NCBI GenBank assembly: GCA_033442325.1
Contig: JAWQFM010000011.1
Location: 802,096 to 866,095 of the forward strand
Source: Salpingoeca rosetta
Taxonomy: Eukaryota > Protista > Choanoflagellata
Direction of reading: 5' to 3'
Length of the DNA: 64,000 nucleotides
Shown here: positions 54,235 to 64,000 of the stretch, in pieces
Numbering within the stretch: the first letter of the stretch is position 1
Layout: each line of letters opens with the position of its first letter
Notes under the pieces: generated by a model
The model's input: the letters and a program-made list of their open reading frames with translations, nothing else
The model's database searches: none
Told to the model about the DNA's origin: nothing
Position numbers and translations under genes: made by a program

Positions 54235-55672
54235 CGTTTGTGTTTAACGCGTGTGTGTGGATGTGTGTGTGTGTGTGAATGTGAATGTGCGCTGTTCTCT
54301 GTGTGGCTTGTGTATGTGTTCATGGCAGTTGTGAGCGCGAGGCAAGGCCACAGCCGCGTGCACGGACCAGCTGTTGCCTCGTAATCAAAGTCCGCCCACG
54401 TCAGGTCCGGCGGGAGCACCTGAGCAGTTGTGCACATGTACATGTGTGTGTGCACATGCGTGACGGGCGAGTGTGTGTGTGTGTGTGCATAATGAGTGAG
54501 CGTAAATGATGTTGTGATGAGCAACACATCGTTTCACGCCATTACATCCCCGCCTCACACCAGCGCATGAGCACAACCCCCCCCCTCTCTCAAAGTGCAC
54601 GGACCATGGTGAGGCGACGGAAGTTGATTTCGCGCTCGCGTCGGGCCGTTGCAGCCGCCGCCTTCACGTCGCTCAGCGTCGCAAGGAGAAACTCAAAGCC
54701 AAGCGTCAGCCCTGTCGTGGCGACGATGGTGGTGGTGATTGGTTGAGTGCAAGCAAGCGGAGGAATGCAGTGTGGTGCTCTGTGCACTGAGGACTAGACG
54801 TCCGAGGCAGTCGCGGCAGGGCATGTGCGGTTGTAGTGTGTAGTGTTGAGTAGTGCTGCATAGCGTGGTTATGTATTGTGTAGTGTTGAGTAGTGCTGCA
54901 TAGCGTGGTTATGTATTGTGTGGTGTTGAGTAGTGCTGCATAGTGTGGTTATGCATTGTGTGGTGTTGAGTAGTGCTGCATAATGTGGTTATGTATTGAG
55001 TGGTGTTGAGTAGTGCTGCATAGCGTGGTTATGTATTGTGTAGTGTTGAGTAGTGCTGCATAGCGTGGTTATGTATTGAGTGGTGCTGTATTGGGCGGTG
55101 GTTGCGCACCGCGGTTGAGTTGAATCGCCTTTGCAAACGACGTCGACGCATCAACGGTTCGGTTGGCCGTCTGCAGCGGCGCGTGTTGCATGGTGAGTTG
55201 CAGATGAAATGCGCGGTGGTGCAAGGTGACACGGCGAAAACACGGTGATGACAATGATGATGGTATCAGACAACGAGCACAACATGAATCTTTCAGCACA
55301 GACGGACGGACGGCCAGACGGACGGACAGGCGTACACCCACCCACCAGGAGGATGATGCCTTTGAGCATGTGCGGAAGATAGAGGGAATCTGTTGTTGAG
55401 AGCGCTGAGTCAATCAGCACCAGCGCGTCCCCCGTTCGCTGTTTGTCACGTGCGGGCAACAAACAATACACAGCCAAGTGAACACGGGGTGGTAATGCGT
55501 GAACGCCCACAAAGCACTGATTCATTTGTGTGTGCACGTGCGGTTTGTGCACGCAAGGCCAAAACGCTGCAGTAGTCCGTTGCCTCACAGCACACAACCC
55601 AATCACACACGCACGCACACGCACACCCACCCACCCACACACACACACACCCACCCACCCACACCCACACCC

Positions 55673-55719
<47 letters not shown>

Positions 55720-56267
55720 CACCAGCTTCACCCTCTCTCTGTGCGTATGTGTACGTTAGCGCGGAGGAGGACGGCTGAGAGGGAGACGAGTGGGAGGTCG
55801 CGGAAGGGATCGGGGGCGAGGTAGAGCGCCCTGCGGAAACACTCCACGCTGCTCGACGCATCGCCACCGGCCCGCCAGTACAGCCCAGACAGGAAGTGCA
55901 CGATCCACGACTCCGGGTACACAGCTGGCACGCGGTGGGGTGGTGATGGATGCGTGTGAGCGAGCCAGGCACGGAGATTGGGCATACGTGCACATGTGCA
56001 CACGTGCGTGCTGTGTAAATGCGGTGTTTGAGCTCACGAACATAAATCACGCAGGTGCATGTACAGCACTTACAGAGTGCGTGGGCAAGACCACCACCAA
56101 GCTTCTTCAGGAACTTTGGGGGCACCGTCGTTTCGTCATCATCGTCCTAGGAACAAGGCATTGGGAGGTGTGCGGAGAGGAGGAGTGAGATGGGGCTGTG
56201 TCCAACGCCGTCATGCTGACGCAAGGGCCAGTTAAAGGCACCCACAGAACCAAACAGGCAGACAGAC

Positions 56268-56318
<51 letters not shown>

Positions 56319-56767
56319 AAACGCTACCTGAGCGAGTTCGAGCCAGAGGAAAGGGAGGAGGTGTGTTTCGGCGGTGCGTGGCAGGCCCTCCGAGCGAATC
56401 AGCGAAAACAGCGCCTGCGCATCTTTGCTGCTGCGCACAGCAACACACGCGCACGCATGTGAGCAGTGGTGGTGGCATGGCATGGCATGAGGGGGGGGGG
56501 AATCTTCGAACAGTGCAGTATTGCTGTTATTGATTTCACGTCCACACAATCACAATCACACGTGTTGATATTGCACCTGAGATTGAGGTCGGTGCAGATG
56601 GGCGCTTTGCCCTTGAATTTTGGCGGAATGGACTGAATGTCCACAAACTCGCGAGCACTGCGCACCAAGCATTAGTGAAGATGAGGGCGGGTGGTTTCGC
56701 AAGCAGAGAAACACACACACACCCACCCACATAACACACACCCACGCACACACACGCACACACACAC

Positions 56768-56843
<76 letters not shown>

Positions 56844-57602
56844 ACACACACCCACGCACACACTCACACACAAACACTCACACACTCACACACACACACA
56901 CACACACCACAGCAACGCCTGCATGCATGCAGCCAGCGCGGCTTACTCGAGGCCCTTGTGGGAGAGCATGAGGGCGAGCGGTTGGTGCAGGTCGAGAGTG
57001 GACACCGTCACGGCCGGGTCGTAGTCCCGCGTCTTCGCAAGCACATCCGGCATGTCCACCTGTCCACGGCGTCAATACGGCGCATGTGTGAATGACGTAA
57101 GAGTGTGAGTGTTTATGTGAGTGTGTGAGTGTAAATGAAGGCACACAAAGAAAACGTAGCCACGGCATGAGCGAGTGTGCGTGTGCGTGTGCGTGTGCGT
57201 GTGTTTACAGGTCGTACGCATCGCTGACCTTGAGGATGGAGAGGGCAGGCTTATCGAGGAAGTATGCTTCGTCGATGCGCGTGGCCGTGCTTCTGTATCG
57301 CCCGATGCGGTGGTCGTGGAACACAAACGCCGACAAGTGCTCCGAATGTGGATCAACGCTCTCAAACTCAAAGTCATCCTGGCGGTCAGTGGCAACAAAC
57401 CATCGGGGGTGCAAAGGCAGACAAAAGGTGGGAAGTTAGCGAATGCACATGCGGCCGGTGCTGAGATGGAGCATGTACTGCATTCGTTCGTCGAGCGACA
57501 AGACAAAACAAAGGGTTGATAGACAACCACAGCAGTGGCACAAACCTCTGCACAAGACAACACAACACAGTACACTCTCTCACACGCACATGTTCATGAC
57601 AT

Positions 57603-57680
<78 letters not shown>

Positions 57681-57825
57681 GCGCGCTCGTAAAAGCGGAC
57701 ACACATGCACTGACCGCTGGTGCAATGACGCCTGTGCTGGTGGCCATCCAGTGGTTGACTGCGGTGGCACATGCGACCAGCGCACAGACCACGGCGACTA
57801 CCACGTTGCAAACCAACTGTGACAT
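45908..57825 (-). CDS. TTC17: TTC17-like secretory-pathway TPR protein with an internal block of EGF-like repeats
   Basis: Signal peptide then NHWMATSTGVI (cf. TTC17 THWVVTEDGKI). Three TPR blocks: SWIVHFLSGLYWRAGGDASSSVECFRRALY; WALYDLAALYWRVQGKHTEAIRCIRASLFHSPPEYKDVALINAANILLR; HWQANYIASFFWRGTGNTSQAVECLRTA. Also WPTAAEC and C-terminal YFYEAAFKL...LQLLRCQ, stop at 45908. Cys-rich EGF-like exons at ~53020-54165. Confidence 0.85.
46566..46879. other. Compositionally foreign 314-bp island inside a (CACAGA)n intron of TTC17
   Basis: High-complexity, TA-rich sequence flanked on both sides by the same CACAGACACAG repeat. Contains GGATTACAAT twice. Confidence 0.8.
50398..50580. repeat. Intronic (AAC/AGC)n trinucleotide microsatellite
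   Basis: ~180 bp of mixed CAA/CAG inside a TTC17 intron. Confidence 0.95.
54837..55085. repeat. Intronic 40-bp minisatellite (6 copies) built from degenerate pentamers
   Basis: Unit TAGTGTTGAGTAGTGCTGCATAGCGTGGTTATGTATTGTG starts at 54841, 54881, 54921, 54961, 55001, 55041, contiguous with no spacers. Confidence 0.95.
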
Positions 57826-58406
57826 TGTGCGTCACCGACTATCACGATGAGCACAGAGCCAAGCACCGGCTGGTGATGGTGGTGGAGTGGGTTCTCTGTG
57901 TGCGTGTTCTGCTGTTGACCAGCAACAGCTCCTAAAACGGCGAGGGGTGCACCCTTGCCCAGCTAGTCCTCAGGTGCTTCTCACAACTGGTTCGAGGCGA
58001 CAGAGCGGGCGTGCCGTTGCTCGCTCACGTTGCCACACGGAACGAACGATGCGTGGTCTGAGATGAAACGTGATTGGAGCAGAGTTGGTGGTGTCCAGCA
58101 GGCGAACATGAGTGAAACGGCATAGGAGTCGAGACATGTGCGCGTGCATGTGCGTGTGCATGTGCGTATGCGAGTGTGTGTTCGTGGCTGTGGCTGTGGC
58201 TGTGGCTGTGGCTGTAGGCGAGGCATCCGCACAGCGACAGAGTGCAAACCCGAAACACCCACGCACGCAGATCCCCCCCCCCCAAGTCTCCACCTCCACG
58301 CACCACTGTCGTCGTTGATGTCTTCGCTGCTGTCGTTCCACACGCGGCGACACGACACACAAAAAAAGCCAAGACAACCAGCAAGAAGGACAAGCAAGTA
58401 AGCAAG

Positions 58407-58437
<31 letters not shown>

Positions 58438-58594
58438 TTGTTTTGCTGGATCGGCAGTGCAGTGTTGTTGTGGTGTTGCTGTTGCCGTGTTGTTGCCTTG
58501 TAGGAGTGCTCAATCATTTGGCATTGGAGTTGTAGCGAATCAGAAGGAAAGGGTGAGACTGTGAACGCAGCCCAAGCAACAAGAGCAAGGAAGC

Positions 58595-59163
58595 ATGGAC
58601 GTGCCTGCCTGGGCCAAGTGAGTTCTCACTCGTGTTTGTGTATTGTGGGTTGTGTGTAGTGTATTGTGTTGTGGTGTGTGTTGTGTGTGTGTTGTGTGTG
58701 TGTTGTGGTTGCTGCTCCTGCGTGCCTGTTGATGCCGTTCCTTGTTGTTGTGTGTGCTTTGGTTTGGTGAGTGCGTCTCTCATTGTGTTTGATGTGGCCG
58801 TGGGGACCCTCACAGGCGGTCGGGGTACCGCGGAACAGACAAGCCCACCGTGAGTGGCACTGCTGCCAAGGGCGGCGCAAGCACCGCTGCTGCGCCACCT
58901 GTTGCCAAGCAAACGTCAATGCGGGAGCACTTTGCACCCCCACAGAAGGAAGCCCTGCAGACCAAGAGGTACGATAGGGGAGAGGGGAGGAGAAGAAGGA
59001 GTGTGTGTGTGTATGTATGTGAATGTGTGTATGTGTGTGCGTGCGTGTGTATGTATATGTGTGTTTATGTGTGTGTATGTATGTGTGTGTGTGCGTGCGT
59101 GTGTGTATGTGTGTGTATGTGTGTTTATGTGTGTTTATGTGTGTATGTGTGTTTATGTGTGTT

Positions 59164-59213
<50 letters not shown>

Positions 59214-59522
59214 CGTGCGGTCGCAACTTGCGCGGTCGCAAGCGCACAGCGCTCACTCGTTGAACCTCGGTTGAACCGCGTGCGTTTCATCATGCAGGGT
59301 TCCAAACGCATCGTCCATGGTTCCCGGGCGCCACGAGCGGCACTACCCATCCGAGTCCCTGCGCATGGGCCCTCCGCTCAAGGTTGTGTGTGCGTGTGTG
59401 TTTGTGCTCACCAACGTATGCTCAGGCCCACAAGTGGCGGCTGTCTGTGTCACGATTGATGACGCATGTGCCAGGGCCTGTGTCAGTGCTTGCCTACATA
59501 TACTGATTGTGCTGTATTTGCA

Positions 59523-59556
<34 letters not shown>

Positions 59557-59698
59557 TCCAACCACTGTACAGGCGCAGACAAAGACACCCAAGGCCAAGG
59601 TCCCCACTGGCGTGAGGCTGACACAGACAACCACCAACCGGCAAGAGTTTGGTGTGCATGCTGCCTCAGCACAAGGTTCGCCACAGTTTGAAGAGTGA
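58595..59698 (+). CDS. Small basic Pro/Ala-rich hypothetical protein (~128 aa, 4 exons)
   Basis: Exons ~58595-58617, ~58816-58968, ~59298-59382, ~59573-59698 splice in phase: MDVPAWAKRSGYRG...QTSMREHFAPPQKE...QTTTNRQEFGVH...FEE*. Confidence 0.6.
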
Positions 59699-60446
59699 AG
59701 GGGCAGGAGGGCTATTGTATTGCTGGTGGTGATGGTGATGGTGGTGCTGGTGAAGGCGCATTGCTTGTGCGGTTGCAGTTCAACAGAAATAAGAGCACAA
59801 GAAGGCTTGCTGTGGTCCTGCGTGGCATGGGGTCCGTCGTTGTACCTCACGCCGTTGCACTTGCGTGGTGGTGTTTGCTGCGCACGCGTCCCTTGCAGAT
59901 GAGAAGCAGAACGTCGACCTGGCGTCTCACAAGTTTGAGACGCGCGCCCCGAAGGTGGAGTACACCTTCTCTTCTTCAATCACACTTGGCTGAGCCAGTG
60001 GAGCGAAGGGGAAGGGTGAAAGTGGGGTGGGCAGATGGATGGTGACGACGTGAGATGTGTGCAGAGGACACGGGGGAGCAGAGTGTGCTTTCGTCGCTGA
60101 GCTGAGACAGGAAGATGCGATGTGATATGCAGTTGTGATGCAGTTGTGATGCAGTGATTGATTATGAAGTATGATTGCTTTGACACCCAACATAATGGCC
60201 TGCGCTTGTGATTGCGAGTGCAAGCCAATGATATGAAACCATGAACGCCATGCCACAAGCAAGCAAGCAAGCAAGCAACAACAGCAGCATCAACAATCAA
60301 AAACACCCAGAGCGGCAGGAGCAGCAAGCGGTTTACTCACCTCTGCGGGTGTGCACGCGAGCTGGATGGAGAAGGTGGTCCTTCAACTGGACAGGCGCCT
60401 GCGTGTTCGCGAGCGTGGGTGTGCCCTTCGTCATCGCGTTCGCCTC

Positions 60447-61073
<627 letters not shown>

Positions 61074-61432
61074 NNNNNNNNNNNNNNNNNNNNNNNNNNN
61101 NNNNNNNNNNNNNNNNNNNNNNNNNNNNNNNNNNNNNNNNNNNNNNNNNNNNNNNNNNNNNNNNNNNNNNNNNNNNNNNNNNNNNNNNNNNNNNNNNNNN
61201 NNNNNNNNNNNNNNNNNNNNNNNNNNNNNNNNNNNNNNNNNNNNNNNNNNNNNNNNNNNNNNNNNNNNNNNNNNNNNNNNNNNNNNNNNNNNNNNNNNNN
61301 NNNNNNNNNNNNNNNNNNNNNNNNNNNNNNNNNNNNNNNNNNNNNNNNNNNNNNNNNNNNNNNNNNNNNNNNNNNNNNNNNNNNNNNNNNNNNNNNNNNN
61401 NNNNNNNNNNNNNNNNNNNNNNNNNNNNNNNN
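61074..61432. other. Assembly gap (359 N)
   Basis: Run of n following (GT)n. Confidence 0.99.
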
Positions 61433-62447
61433 CCTTATGCCATTCACGGCAACAAACAAACCCGTCAGCGGCGCGTGGGGAGATCACCGAGGCACGGCAC
61501 CACACTTGCTGGCTCGCACAGGACAGTGAACATGAGCTTGGGCGCCGCCGTGTTCGTCCACAGACCCTCGCCCGCTTTGATCGAACCATGATAGGTACTC
61601 CTCGCTGCAACCAAGTGATCACTTATGCGTGTGCGTTTGTCATGTGGACAACTCGCGTCAGTTGCCCTCGGTATCTCACTGTTGCCCCTCCCTCTCTCTA
61701 CACTGCGCGACATGTCTTCTTGCAGGAAACCCCGCTGCTCAGGTACAACAAGTCAGTGCCCGCTACGGCCTAACCATGTCGGGTTCCCAGATGGCAGAGT
61801 ACGCAGCACAAGCTCAAGGCAGAACTCACGTCAAGCGGCAGGAGGAGTTTGACAGACTGCACTCGTTCGTTCGTGAGTTTGGTTGCGAACTTGTGGGTGT
61901 GTGTCTGTCTGTCTGTGTGTGTCTGTCTGTGCCTGTCTGTGTCTGTGCCTGTGTGTCTGTGTGTGTGTATACACGTGTGTATGTACACGTGTGTGTACAC
62001 AAGTATGTATGTGTTTGCGTCTGTGTGTACGTACACGTGCGCGCGTTTGTATGTACACGCATGTGCGTGCGTGCGTGCGTGTGTTTACATGCATGCACGT
62101 GTTTGTTTTGCCGTTGTTGCTTCAACACACTCAAGTATGCATACCACTGCGCTGATGGTCGTGCAGAGTGGATCAATGCAAATGGACATCATGCAGCGCA
62201 CCTGATGACCAAAGACGGTGCATTTAGCGAGCTTCTGTTCTGCCTAAAGCTGAATGGTTTGTCGGCCAAGTCTCCAAAGGTCCTGTTCACGGACGCGACG
62301 CATCTGTCGTACAACAACATGATGCTCCACCTCTTGTGCCAACTGGACGCAGACAACAAGATCTTCATTCTGGGCGCCAACATAACCCAGCAGGTAACAC
62401 CCTGTACGCATGTGCGCACGCGTGTGCATGTGTGTGTATGTCTGTCT

Positions 62448-62487
<40 letters not shown>

Positions 62488-62634
62488 ACGTGTGTGTGTA
62501 TGGTGTGCGTGTGTGTGTGTGCACAGGCATACATATGCGTGTGTGTGTGTACACGTGTGTGTGTATGGTGTGCGTGTATGTGTGTCTCTGTCTCTCTGTG
62601 TCTGTGTGCGTATGTGTGTGTGTGTGTGTGCGTG

Positions 62635-62673
<39 letters not shown>

Positions 62674-64000
62674 ACGTGTGTGTACACGTGTGTGTGTATG
62701 GTGTGCGTGTATGTGTGTCTCTGTATCTCTGTGTCTCTGTGTCTGTGTGTCTGTGTGTACACGTGTGTGTGCATACATGTGTGTGTACACGTGTGTGTAT
62801 GGTGTGCGTGTATGTGTGTGCACAGGCATACATATGCGTGTGCATGTGTGTGTCTGTTTGTCTGTGTGTGTGCGTGTCTGTGTGTCTGTGTGTCTCTGCA
62901 TCTTTGTGTCTCTGTGTGCGTGGGTGCGTGTGTATGTGTGCATGTGTGTGCGGCGCCACCTTGGAACTCATCGTGTACCTGCATCGATGTGACGTATGCC
63001 TTTTACTTGCAGGAAACCAAGCCCGCTTACGCACACTTGTTCCAGCTCTGCTTATCGGTCATGCCCCCACTTTGGGTGAGTCTCCATGTCCATGTATGCA
63101 TGCACTTGTGCCCGTTTTCGCGTGTGTATGAACGCCTGCCTTGCTGCGTGTGCACGTGACCGGTGTTTATTCGCCTCCACGCACGCACATGCACACGCAC
63201 TTACACGCACATGCATACGCTCACGCTCACACACTCACACGCACACTCACACGCACATGCACACGCGTGCGCACACATGCACACTTACACGTACATACAC
63301 ACGCACTTACTCACATACATACACACACACACTTGCAGGGCGAGCATACGATTCTCTCGGATTTAGGGACTGCTGTGACCAGCGCAATCAACGAAATACC
63401 CATGTGGCACCACGGCATGTGCTCCGTGCACATGCGAAGGCGTCTGCGGCACCAGCAACTCTTTGATGCAGCCATGAATGCAACCTCCGTGAGTGACCTG
63501 GAGAAAGCCCTGGAACGATACAGGACACAGGCGCCGAAGGAAGCTGCTCGCGTGAAGAACCGCATTTGCAACCTGAGCCCTCTTCTACACCCACTCGGAA
63601 CGTACGAATCGCACGACCCGACACGACCGCGTGCTTGCATTGACACGCATGTGCACAGCGCTCGCACGACATGACCACACATGAGCGCGCACATATACTT
63701 GCACACTTGCGAGCACGCACGCACACACACACACACATGCACACACGCACGCATGCACTTGCACACTTGCGACCACGCACACACGCGCGCGCGCAAGCAT
63801 ACGCACACACACACGCATGCACACACATGCACACACACACACACACGAGGCGACCACATGCACTTGCACACTTGCGACAACGTATACACACACACATGCA
63901 CACACGCGCGCGCGCACACACACACACACATGCACACACATGCACACACGCGCACGCACGCACATACATACACGCACGCGCGCACACACATGCACACACA
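61433..64000 (+). mobile_element. Mutator-like (MULE) DDE transposase gene with spliceosomal introns, partial at both ends
   Basis: Exons <61433-61594, 61726-~61892, 62136-62393, 63013-63075, 63339-~63601. They give ITEARHHTC (end of Zn-finger-like domain); VLFTDATH (1st D, 62292); LDADNKIFILG...ETKPAYAHLF; [14 protein letters not shown] (2nd D, 63360); [11 protein letters not shown] (MULE CxxH). Confidence 0.85.

Noticed and set aside
54837-55085. CRISPR-like array
   Set aside because: Units are contiguous with no unique spacers, there are no cas genes, and the context is a eukaryotic intron.

Overview
Eukaryotic, intron-dense DNA with (CA/GT)n-filled introns and GC3-rich exons. Style and gene content point to a choanoflagellate, most like Salpingoeca rosetta (inferred, not looked up). 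Most ORFs in the supplied track are microsatellite artefacts, so I rebuilt genes by hand from GT-AG junctions and exon phase. About 13 spliced genes, in order: GRIPAP1-like coiled-coil protein (5' end outside the window); U-box + dynamin-like GTPase + LRR fusion; THOC1; CHCHD5/Mix14-like quadruple-CX9C protein; thioredoxin/PDI-like protein with an ARMET_C (MANF-like) domain; large disordered protein ending in a villin-headpiece-like motif; LRR-coiled coil-TKL kinase-PARP fusion; acidic repeat protein; SAM methyltransferase; TTC17 with inserted EGF-like repeats; small basic protein; small bacterial-like Zn-ribbon protein; and an intron-containing MULE transposase running off the end. There are two assembly gaps. 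Most interesting are the two LRR-linked sensor/effector-like fusions (candidate innate-immunity proteins), a polar GT...CA microsatellite arrangement in introns that suggests structure-guided splicing, and two compositionally foreign islands inside microsatellite introns. Family assignments come from my recall of motifs; no searches were run.
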